A stretch of DNA of 61,242 bases, filler included. It is 4 parts of 4 records of this genome, joined end to end, with 100 filler letters (N's around TTAATTAATTAA, not from the genome) between each part and the next. Parts side by side here need not be neighbours in the genome. Positions count along the whole stretch, not along the records: positions 51,471 to 61,242 come from SRR31147125_15468; 3 more parts are not named here. The stretch is one strand, 5' to 3'. The translations under genes were made by a program, and so were the position numbers. Positions 53,391-61,242 of the stretch are shown piece after piece. A model generated the notes under the pieces. The model saw only the letters and a list, made by a program, of their open reading frames with translations. It had not been told where the DNA came from and made no database searches. Each line of letters begins with the position of its first letter. Position 1 is the stretch's first letter.

Positions 53391-53843
53391 TTGAAAAAGT
53401 TTGAATTTTCACTGGAGCGTGTTCTTCAGGTTCGTAGAATTCGCGAGAAAGAAAAACAACGAGAAATGGCTGTTGTTGTAAAACAATTTGAATCAGAACA
53501 ACAGTCATTGGAAAAAATTTGTGCGGAAGAACAAAATTTGGTTGATATCATTAATGATTATCAAAATAATCCACATTCCGGATCCCTAACAGTGTTGTAT
53601 TACAACCTGGAAGGAAAAAGAGCAAAACGACAGCAACAAACTCTTCAAGTTGCCGATGTCAAACAAAAAATGGAAGCCATAAGAGATGCCTTGCTAAAAT
53701 CTTCTCAGGAAAAAAAGTCGCTTGAAAAATTGCGGGAACACAAATATGAAAAGTACCTGCAGGATGTCTTTAAAGATGAACAAAAATCACTGGATGATGT
53801 CGCTGTTATTAAATCAGCTAGCAATTGTTTAAACAGAATTTAA
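53391..53843 (+). CDS. fliJ: Flagellar export chaperone FliJ
   Basis: MKKFEFSLERVL..R, coiled coil, KSLEKLRE...EQKSLDD; directly after fliI. Confidence 0.88.
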   Translation: MKKFEFSLERVLQVRRIREKEKQREMAVVVKQFESEQQSLEKICAEEQNLVDIINDYQNNPHSGSLTVLYYNLEGKRAKRQQQTLQVADVKQKMEAIRDALLKSSQEKKSLEKLREHKYEKYLQDVFKDEQKSLDDVAVIKSASNCLNRI

Positions 53844-53853
53844 TGTAATTGAT

Positions 53854-54608
53854 ATGGATGAATATCCCGAACAATTTGAAGAAACACCAGAAGATTCTAA
53901 AGGAAATTTGTTTTCCAATAAAATTATTCAGTACATCGGATATATACTATGGTCCTTATTTATTATTTTATTGGTTGTTTATTTTGTCGTGTTTCGTAAT
54001 TCAAAAAATATTTTTGATAAAGTATCATCTAACATATCTATGTCCGATTCTCTGGTTGTAATGGACTCGACATTTTCAGATTCAACAACTGTGTTAGATG
54101 AGCTTGATTCTTTAAATATTGCCAATGCCGAATCTTTATTTTCAGTTAATAATCAGGTAAAGATCCTTGCATTAGAGAATGGCAGAAGACAACGGGAAAT
54201 TGACCATTTATATGATCAAGTTGTGAAACAAAAGCAACAATTTAAAGAATTGCTTTCATGGACAAAAGCAAACCTAGATGATGTCGAGAAAATCAGTGCC
54301 TGGCAGGATAGCTTGACAAAAGAAAACAGTTTAAACAAAAAAAAGAAAATATCTCCATAGTTCATCAGGAAGAAGAGTTAAAGATACAGGAACAGGAGAG
54401 ACTAGACCAGAAAAATGCCGTTGCACGCAGTGCAAAAATTTACAGTTCTATGAAACCAAAACAGGCAGCAGAAATAATCAGCCAGTTTGAGAAAGAATTG
54501 GCTGCAAAAATACTCTTTCAAATACGGGAACGGCAGGCAGCAAAAATTCTGGAACAAATGAATCCTGATTTTGCTGCCCAAATTGGTAAGATAATGATTC
54601 GGAAATAG
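53854..54608 (+). CDS. MotE/FlbB-like membrane protein (MgtE-N-like C-domain); frameshift at A8 54337-54344
   Basis: N-terminal TM; the shifted frame reads AKIYSSMKPKQAAEII...RQAAKILEQMNPDFAA to TAG 54606-54608; located between fliJ and fliK. Confidence 0.8.
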
Positions 54609-54633
54609 GATTTACTTAACCAGGTGAAAAAGA

Positions 54634-57600
54634 ATGTTTCAACAATTTATAAATATCTCCTCGATGATAAACAATCAGAAATTGCCAGAACAGGTATCCG
54701 GTAAAAACACGAATTCTTTTGCTCAAAAACTGTTTTCATCATTCCTCAATAAAAAGTTGTTCGATTTTGGTTCTGATAATGTGCTTAAAAAAGCAAATAA
54801 TCCTCAAAATATATCATCTGAACTGAACAATAGTCAAACAGAAATTCTGGAAAGTGCTGTGGATAAAAGTGGAGTGATTTTTAATTCGGTTCAGATTGAT
54901 CCTGAGATGGAAATTTCTGTTGTGGTTCCTAATGAGAAATTGCCACGTGAATTTTACATCACCACAAAGCAACCCGGTGTTGAAAAAGATTCAAAAATAA
55001 ACAATAATGGTTTCCCTGGTTCGAAGGAAATTATACTTGATTTGAAAAGTGATGGTTCAAAAAAATCAGAAATAAAATCAAACATTAAACATGAAAGTAC
55101 TGAATATGCAGAGATAGTGCCTTTGGTTGCAAGTGATTTAAAACTGGTGGATAAACATACTAATTCTGATATAAAGAAAATATCTTTGAATGAAGAATAT
55201 GTGGATTTAGAAATCTCTGATGATGATCTCGATACAAAAATGAACATCCGGATGCCGGAAAAGTCTTTGAACAATAATGTTGGAATGGATATAAAATCTA
55301 ACGTTAACAAAAAGGATACAATTGCGTTAACGGAAAAGGACTTTTCGAGCAAGGACACGACCGGTTTTGAAAACAGAACAACAAAAACCGATCAAAAAAT
55401 AATCGCAAACACGCTACATACAGATGGTAAAGAAAATCTAATAAATCAAAAGACAGATACAGAATCAAGACCCATTCTGGTTACAGTGAAGAATCAGGAT
55501 TTTGCACATAAAACAGAATTGAATATAGAAAAAACCTTTATTGAATCCAAAAGTGATGCTGTAAATAAGGAACAAGATATTTCTCTGGACGCTATTAAGG
55601 ATAAATCTAAAAATAAGGCAAGTAAACAAATATTAAAGAACGAGACAAATAGCCTAGATAAACAAGCACCTGTTTCAAATAATTCTCTAAAGGATATATC
55701 AATTAATATAAATCCTGGACAGGAGACGAGAATTAATATAGAGAAAAGTGATTCAATAGCGGAAAAAAATATTTCAACATCTGATAAAGTACATACTGTA
55801 CTGCGCTCATTTTATGCTGATATGAATAAGGCCAACACGGAACATGTCAAAACCGTAGCAGATGATGGGATTGAAAATCATAAAAAAGTGATGTCATTTT
55901 CAACTCTTCAGGCATCTCAAAAAAGGAACTCTGAAGAATTAACAGGAATGGTGCCCAATAAACAAGGTGAGAATGATAATGTAAATGAAAAAAATCGTCT
56001 GAATCTAAAAGTTGCAGAAAAGAGTAATGATCCCAAAATAGAATTAAGCCTGGAACAGAATGATCCTATGTTACAAAAAGGAGAGAGAAAAGATTTAAAC
56101 ATTACATCCCCTGATCAAAAAAAATCTGTGAATAAAGGAGCACGTGTTAAGAGTGACAATGCTTCTATATATAAATCAAAGTCAAAACCCGAATTGCAGT
56201 CTGAACAAACAGGCATAGATTCTGCCATTGATAAGACGTCAAGTAAGACAACTCAAAACTCAAAGGTAGCATCAGTTTTTCAGTCTGAACAAAAAAGTAA
56301 CAGTGTTCCTGTTGATGAGCCGTTGGCCTCAAAATCAAGTCAAAAGTCAACAGACGTTTCCGGAGCCCAAAATTCAAATATCCCTAACAAGGTGATTTTA
56401 AGCACAACAAAGCCTGTAATGTCTGAGCCATATCAGGAACAAAAAATATCAACTATTCCCAAAGAGGAGGTTTTCGTTAAAGAACCAACTCAAAAGTCAG
56501 TTACCGTTCAGGAACAAAAGAAAAAAAGTGATATTTTTAAGGAGTCTTTTGGCACCACATCTCAAAAATCAGAAGCTCCTAATAGACAGAAAGCCTTGAA
56601 TGATCAGGCAGCAAAGCATATTCAATCTAATGTCTCACAATCCTTGTGGCAAAATGATGTATCTCAAAAATCAAAAGCTCCTGATACGCAGAATGTCTTG
56701 AATGATCAGGCAGTAACGCATATTAAATCTGATGTCTCACATTCCTTGTGGCAAAATGATGTATCTCAAAAAAGGTTTGAAGCAGATGTTGTCAATATAG
56801 AGAACAATTCTATAAAGGGATCGTTTGCAAATGGAATGAATAACGATACGATACCCACTAAATACGAGACCAGTGAAAGAGTTGACGATTCGACTCAACC
56901 TGAGGTAGGGCAGGTAATAAACAAACAGACAATTACAGTAAAGCAAACGCAAGATATATCAAAAGACATTAATAACCACAACTTGGCAACACAAAATTAT
57001 ATAAAACCGGATCAAGTTGAATCGCAAAAGAGAAAAATTGAAACTGAAAAAGATGTGAAAATAAAGTTAGATGAAGCTGTTATTACTCCAGAGTCGGGGA
57101 GCACAGAATCTAAAAATAAAAAAGGATATGATTTTCAACAAAATGAAAGTCAATTTCATCAAAAAAGTGCGAAAAATCAGAAAACCGATCCTTTTTTTAA
57201 AAATGAAGAATTTGAAAATGATCTTAATAAAGGCATTGAAAAGAATGGTATTGCATCAAATGAAATTATAGCTGCAAAAATCCCTTTAACTAAGACAACT
57301 ATGATAAGATCAAATAACAGTTTACAAAATCCTCAAATAATTGAATTGAGCCGACAGATAAACGATGGTGTTTCCATTTTGCAATCCAATATTGAGACAC
57401 GGCTTACTATAAATACGGATGTCGAAAAATTGGGAACTATAAAGATTCTCATGACGCAAAAAAATGAGAATACTGAAATCGTGATACATACCCAATCGGA
57501 ACAATCGAAAATGATATTAGAAAATTCTCTACCAGAACTTCGCCAGAATCTGGAACAGGGCAATACGCAGGTATCGGAAATACGTGTTTTGGTTGATGAT

Positions 57601-57774
57601 AATACACAGCAGCGACAAGCATACAGAGATAAAAATTCTGCTAGAAATAAGAAATGGAAGTCGTCAAAGCAAAAACAACAAAACGTTGGTCAGATAGACT
57701 CTACTAAGAATTTAAATAATCAAGGTCACTCATCCATTCGAACACAGTATTCGAGTTACGAGACTATCGCATAA
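54634..57774 (+). CDS. fliK: Flagellar hook-length control protein FliK (very long, 1046 aa)
   Basis: Low-complexity S/K/N/Q-rich body; C-terminal T3S4-like EKLGTIKI...LENSLPELRQNLEQ; immediately upstream of flgD. Confidence 0.82.
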   Translation: MFQQFINISSMINNQKLPEQVSGKNTNSFAQKLFSSFLNKKLFDFGSDNVLKKANNPQNISSELNNSQTEILESAVDKSGVIFNSVQIDPEMEISVVVPNEKLPREFYITTKQPGVEKDSKINNNGFPGSKEIILDLKSDGSKKSEIKSNIKHESTEYAEIVPLVASDLKLVDKHTNSDIKKISLNEEYVDLEISDDDLDTKMNIRMPEKSLNNNVGMDIKSNVNKKDTIALTEKDFSSKDTTGFENRTTKTDQKIIANTLHTDGKENLINQKTDTESRPILVTVKNQDFAHKTELNIEKTFIESKSDAVNKEQDISLDAIKDKSKNKASKQILKNETNSLDKQAPVSNNSLKDISININPGQETRINIEKSDSIAEKNISTSDKVHTVLRSFYADMNKANTEHVKTVADDGIENHKKVMSFSTLQASQKRNSEELTGMVPNKQGENDNVNEKNRLNLKVAEKSNDPKIELSLEQNDPMLQKGERKDLNITSPDQKKSVNKGARVKSDNASIYKSKSKPELQSEQTGIDSAIDKTSSKTTQNSKVASVFQSEQKSNSVPVDEPLASKSSQKSTDVSGAQNSNIPNKVILSTTKPVMSEPYQEQKISTIPKEEVFVKEPTQKSVTVQEQKKKSDIFKESFGTTSQKSEAPNRQKALNDQAAKHIQSNVSQSLWQNDVSQKSKAPDTQNVLNDQAVTHIKSDVSHSLWQNDVSQKRFEADVVNIENNSIKGSFANGMNNDTIPTKYETSERVDDSTQPEVGQVINKQTITVKQTQDISKDINNHNLATQNYIKPDQVESQKRKIETEKDVKIKLDEAVITPESGSTESKNKKGYDFQQNESQFHQKSAKNQKTDPFFKNEEFENDLNKGIEKNGIASNEIIAAKIPLTKTTMIRSNNSLQNPQIIELSRQINDGVSILQSNIETRLTINTDVEKLGTIKILMTQKNENTEIVIHTQSEQSKMILENSLPELRQNLEQGNTQVSEIRVLVDDNTQQRQAYRDKNSARNKKWKSSKQKQQNVGQIDSTKNLNNQGHSSIRTQYSSYETIA
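56560..56772 (+). repeat. In-frame 102-bp (34-aa) tandem duplication inside fliK
   Basis: TCTCAAAAA at 56560, 56662 and 56764; SQKSEAPNRQKALNDQAAKHIQSNVSQSLWQNDV versus SQKSKAPDTQNVLNDQAVTHIKSDVSHSLWQNDV. Confidence 0.9.
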
Positions 57775-57790
57775 AAAGGAGGATTGCACT

Positions 57791-58444
57791 ATGCCAGTTG
57801 ACGCAATAAATGGAACAAGTGCATCGGAATATTCCACAACATCAACAAATGGTAGCACACTTGACAAGCAAGCTTTTTTAAGTCTTTTAACGGCACAACT
57901 CAAGTACCAGGATCCGTTGGAGCCAATGGACAATACCGAGTATGTGGCTCAGCTTGCTCAATTTAGCTCTCTGGAACAGTTATGGAATATTGATGATACA
58001 TTGAAGGAAAGTTCGGATGCAACTCAATCCATGAGCAATTCATTAGTACCATCCCTGTTGGGTAAAGAAATTCTTGTTTCCGGCGATACATTGGTTTTAC
58101 AAAATGATTATCAAATGGGATTTACATACAACCTGGAACAGGATGCAGATGTTACAATAAGCATTTACGACCAAAATGGAAAAATGGTCACTAAAATTGA
58201 ATCTGGTGAACAAAATGCAGACGTGTATGGTGGTGTATGGGATGGTACGGATGCCCTCGGGAATACCATGCCAGACGGAGAATATACGTTCAAGGTTATG
58301 GCTGTCGATGCGAATGGTAATGAGAGTACTATCGATACACAGGTATACGGAGTCGTATCTTCAATTAAATATATTGACGGTTTACCCGTTTTAATGTTGG
58401 GTAATGCCGAATTTTCGACAAACGATATTGTAGAAATTAGATAG
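57791..58444 (+). CDS. flgD: Flagellar hook capping protein
   Basis: LDKQAFLSLLTAQLKYQDPLEPMDN..YVAQLAQFSSLEQ, WDGTD..G...PDGEY. Confidence 0.95.
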   Translation: MPVDAINGTSASEYSTTSTNGSTLDKQAFLSLLTAQLKYQDPLEPMDNTEYVAQLAQFSSLEQLWNIDDTLKESSDATQSMSNSLVPSLLGKEILVSGDTLVLQNDYQMGFTYNLEQDADVTISIYDQNGKMVTKIESGEQNADVYGGVWDGTDALGNTMPDGEYTFKVMAVDANGNESTIDTQVYGVVSSIKYIDGLPVLMLGNAEFSTNDIVEIR

Positions 58445-58484
58445 ACTAAATAGATAATACACTAGAGAGGGGAGGTGAAGAAAT

Positions 58485-58879
58485 ATGACAGATGCTATTC
58501 ATCGATTGCAGCAATCAATAAGGCCACCTGGAATTGCGGAATCAAAGCCAGCTTCCAGTCAACAAAACACAGATGTCAAAACGAATTTCAAGGAGCTTTT
58601 GATAAAGAGCAAACCAAAATTTCTAATGAGTTGAAATTTTCTGCTCATGCTCAAAATCGTTTACAGGCACGGAATATTGTTATGAGTCCCGAAAATAATT
58701 CACGACTGAACCAGGCTGTTAACAGAATTCTTGAAAAGGGAGGTAAGGAATCACTGGTATTAATGGATGATCTTGCATTTGTTGTCAGTGCACAGAACAA
58801 AACCGTTATAACTGCTATGGATAATAGTAGTATTAAAAACAATGTTTTTACCAACATTGACAGTGCTGTCATAGTGTAA
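58485..58879 (+). CDS. Flagellar operon protein (TIGR02530 family); frameshift at T4 58597-58600
   Basis: LKFSAHAQNRLQARNI...KGGKESLVLMDDLAFVVSAQNKTVITAMD...VFTNIDSAV. The true start is ATG 58485 after GGAGGTG, joining as KELFDKEQ with one more T. Confidence 0.88.
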
Positions 58880-58891
58880 ATAATTAAAATT

Positions 58892-58944
58892 GGGCTGGAC
58901 CCCTAAAGGGAAGCCCTTAGCTGTTGACTGATTGATACAGCTAA
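58892..58944 (+). promoter_or_regulatory. Two-hairpin structured RNA element in the flgE 5' leader (candidate cis-regulator)
   Basis: GGGCT-GGA-CCC-CTAAA-GGG-A-AGCCC immediately followed by TTAGCTGT-TGACTGATTGAT-ACAGCTAA. No U-tract; ends ~11 nt before the flgE SD. Confidence 0.55.
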
Positions 58945-58969
58945 TAATAAAGAAAAAGGAGTGTCTAAA

Positions 58970-61051
58970 ATGATGTCATCATTGTTCGCAGGGGTTTCTG
59001 GTTTGAAAAATCACCAGACACAATTGGATGTAATCGGAGATAATATCGCAAATGTAAACACGGTTGGTTACAAGGCGAGCAGAGTCACGTTTAAGGAAAG
59101 CCTTTGTCAGGCTACGCAACTGGGACAAAGACCCACAAGTACTCAGGGTGGTATTAATCCTATGTACATTGGAAACGGAATGTCTGTTGGAAGTATAGAT
59201 AAAGTTTTTAATCAGGGTAATCTTGAAAAAACCGATAACGATTTGGATTTAGCCATAGATGGTGATGCTTTTTTTGTTTTGAGTAATGGGTCACAGAATT
59301 ACTTTTCTCGCGCGGGAAATTTTCAGGTTGATAGTGTAGGAAATTTAGTAGCAGGAAATACAGGCCTCCGAGTACAGGGGCGAATGGCAGATGCCGTTGG
59401 AAATGTCACTTCTGAGACAGATATTGAGGATATTGTCTTTCCATTTGCGCAAAAATCGCCTGCAAAAGCCACAACAGAATTAAGCTTTTCCGGGAACCTG
59501 GATTCAGAATCGGATAAGGTTTCACAGGTGTTATCCGCATCTATTGCCAGCTCAGCTTATGTAACCAGCGATGACTGGGCGAACCTTGATGCTGCTGTCC
59601 TGGATGCAGATGGCAATTTAGTTCTTGACGCAACAAATAATTCCTTACAAATTATCCTGGATAATGATGCTGGTGGAAATGTTGATAAAACAATTACATT
59701 GAGCGAAGGTACATATAGCAGTTTTTCAGATCTTGCGGCTGAAATTAACATGGCAATAGGAAATGACCGGGAACTTTCAAGTGAGGTTGAAGCTATTGTT
59801 GAAGATGGACAGTTAAAAATCCATACTGTGGACAGCGGGGGCGCTGATACATATTTACAACTCGGTGACAGTTTTACAGCCATTGCCACTTCTACCGGAC
59901 AACTTTTAAGTACCGACGCACAATTCGGAACGAGAATTGGTGATGCAACTGCAGCACCAGCTGTTGATTCGACCGATCTATCGGAACTTTCTTTTCTTTC
60001 GGAGGTGATCTCCGTAGGTGATGAGATTAATATATCAGGGGCAAATAATGATGGATCTACCATTACTGCAAGTTTTGTTTACGGACCGACAGATCCGGCG
60101 GATCCGGATTACGATGCTGCAAATAATGGGACATCTGTTGAGGACCTTGTAGAATTTCTGAATGCCCAATTTACAGATGCCACTGTTTCACTGGAGAATA
60201 GCGGAAATTTACGAGTTACAGATGCTATTTCGGGTGAATCAAATACCTATTTGAATATCACCATGAAAGATACAACGACAAGTACGATATATAGTTTCCC
60301 GAGTTTTACTATTCTGGAGGCAGGTAAAGAAGCGACAATACATAGTACAAGCATAAATGTCTACGATAGTAAAGGAAAACCTCATACAGTAGAGATTCAA
60401 TTTACGAATATATCATCTGATTCAGATCCTGATTTATGGCGATGGGAAGCGGGTATTGATGATGGTGAAATTACACCTACAGCTGGAAGTCGAGGCTATA
60501 TCAAATTCAATCCGGATGGGAGTCTTGCCACTTTTGAAATTGAAGACGGTGAACCACTCACCTTCGAACCGGAAGAAGGTGCAGAAACAATGCGAATTGA
60601 ATTAGATCCTGGCACACCAGGCTATTTTAATGGTATTACTCAGTTTGGTAATCCAACAACTACTGTAGCCAGCAATCAAGATGGTTATGGAATGGGTGAT
60701 TTATATGATTTTTCATTTGATGAAACCGGAACCATAACCGGTCACTTTACAAATGGCGTCAGTCAAGTGATTGCCCAGGTTGCTGTAGCAAAATTCAATA
60801 ACGCAGCCGGACTGGAACAGGCAGGGCAAAATCTTTTTACCGCAGGTGGTAATAGCGGCATGGCCATAATGGGTTTTGCTGGATCTACCATTCAGGCTGA
60901 AATTGCTCCAGGGCATCTGGAGATGTCAACTGTTGACCTGACAACTGAATTTACTAATATGATTATTGCTCAGCGCGGCTACCAGGCCAATTCCAAGATT
61001 ATCACGACAAGTGATACTTTACTGAACGAAATTATTCAACTAAAACGATAA
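58970..61051 (+). CDS. flgE: Flagellar hook protein FlgE with large insertion
   Basis: MMSSLFAGVSGL..HQ..LDVIGDNIANVNTVGYK, DLAIDGDAFF, SRAGNF, YDSKG, LEMSTVDLTTEFTNMIIAQRGYQANSKII. Confidence 0.95.
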   Translation: MMSSLFAGVSGLKNHQTQLDVIGDNIANVNTVGYKASRVTFKESLCQATQLGQRPTSTQGGINPMYIGNGMSVGSIDKVFNQGNLEKTDNDLDLAIDGDAFFVLSNGSQNYFSRAGNFQVDSVGNLVAGNTGLRVQGRMADAVGNVTSETDIEDIVFPFAQKSPAKATTELSFSGNLDSESDKVSQVLSASIASSAYVTSDDWANLDAAVLDADGNLVLDATNNSLQIILDNDAGGNVDKTITLSEGTYSSFSDLAAEINMAIGNDRELSSEVEAIVEDGQLKIHTVDSGGADTYLQLGDSFTAIATSTGQLLSTDAQFGTRIGDATAAPAVDSTDLSELSFLSEVISVGDEINISGANNDGSTITASFVYGPTDPADPDYDAANNGTSVEDLVEFLNAQFTDATVSLENSGNLRVTDAISGESNTYLNITMKDTTTSTIYSFPSFTILEAGKEATIHSTSINVYDSKGKPHTVEIQFTNISSDSDPDLWRWEAGIDDGEITPTAGSRGYIKFNPDGSLATFEIEDGEPLTFEPEEGAETMRIELDPGTPGYFNGITQFGNPTTTVASNQDGYGMGDLYDFSFDETGTITGHFTNGVSQVIAQVAVAKFNNAAGLEQAGQNLFTAGGNSGMAIMGFAGSTIQAEIAPGHLEMSTVDLTTEFTNMIIAQRGYQANSKIITTSDTLLNEIIQLKR

Positions 61052-61059
61052 TATAATAA

Positions 61060-61089
61060 AGCGGTGAACAGTTAATATTGTTCACCGCT
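61060..61089 (+). terminator. Stem-loop after flgE (terminator or mRNA stabiliser)
   Basis: AGCGGTGAACA-GTTAATAT-TGTTCACCGCT; weak U tail. Confidence 0.55.
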
Positions 61090-61180
61090 GTTCTTAAAAA
61101 AAGTCATGTCAAACAAAAGACTCCTATTGTAACTGTGACTCTATCAGAACATGTAATCATTAATTAAGAAAATAAGACTT

Positions 61181-61242
61181 ATGGATCTTGCAACGATAAT
61201 CGGAATCTGTTCAGGGTTTTTACTGCTCGGTCTTTCCATTTT
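61181..61242 (+). CDS. motA: Flagellar motor stator protein MotA, N-terminal fragment
   Basis: MDLATIIGICSGFLLLGLSI is a typical MotA/PomA N-terminus, in the usual position after flgE. Confidence 0.75.
   Translation, partial: MDLATIIGICSGFLLLGLSI

Noticed and set aside
58475-58600. ORF-track N-terminus MKKYDRCYSS... of the TIGR02530 gene
   Set aside because: The GTG overlaps the SD itself; the real start is ATG 58485 in another frame, joined by a homopolymer error.
58892-58944. c-di-GMP riboswitch upstream of flgE
   Set aside because: Lacks the class I GNRA/receptor and GCAAA...GACGCAAA core and the class II consensus as I know them. Kept as an unassigned structured element.
432-60916. Numerous short antisense or overlapping ORFs in the six-frame track (e.g. 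432-812, 14470-15054, 22034-22594, 47565-48107, 59557-60063)
   Set aside because: They lie within well-supported genes on the opposite strand or frame and show no recognisable motifs; shadow ORFs.
1-61242. rRNA, tRNA (including tRNA-Sec), transposases, prophage or cas genes
   Set aside because: None recognised by eye anywhere in the window; a tRNAscan-SE/Infernal run would be needed to exclude small RNAs formally.

Overview
The window is four unrelated contigs joined by artificial 100-bp spacers (N44-TTAATTAATTAA-N44) at 11420-11519, 43382-43481 and 51371-51470, so no linkage across the spacers is meaningful. Contig 1 (1-11419, very AT-rich, clostridial-looking) is part of a trans-AT polyketide synthase cluster. 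It has two AT-less modules (one truncated by the window edge), a type II thioesterase, an acyltransferase lacking its catalytic Ser, a stand-alone KS lacking both catalytic His, and the start of an ABC ATPase. Contig 2 (11520-43381) is from a diderm, possibly Calditrichaeota/KSB1-like (inference). It carries rfbB-wecB-SLBB, a peptidase, OmpA, pyrR-pyrB-pyrC with a PyrR attenuator, and rplM-rpsI-rpsB-tsf-pyrH-frr with an S2 leader and an apparent AUU start for pyrH. It also carries an exported UxxC peroxiredoxin-like selenoprotein split by the ORF caller, a PAS-fused efflux adaptor/permease/TolC trio, PIN-PhoH, a TonB-dependent receptor, MATE and yiaK. Contig 3 (43482-51370, higher GC, Desulfobacterales-like) has the purB 3' end, DUF3334, a ProX-like deacylase, a rhombosortase with its VIT-vWA GlyGly-CTERM target, and a hybrid kinase ending in a LytTR domain. 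Contig 4 (51471-61242) is a flagellar operon (fliH-fliI-fliJ-motE-fliK-flgD-TIGR02530-flgE-motA) with a very long FliK and FlgE and a two-hairpin RNA element just upstream of flgE. Nine homopolymer-associated frameshifts across all four contigs look like sequencing errors. The best leads are the selenoprotein with its SECIS, the flgE leader RNA beside the TIGR02530 gene, the dead-AT/dead-KS pair in the PKS cluster, the AUU-initiated pyrH, the PAS-adaptor fusion and the HK-REC-LytTR fusion.
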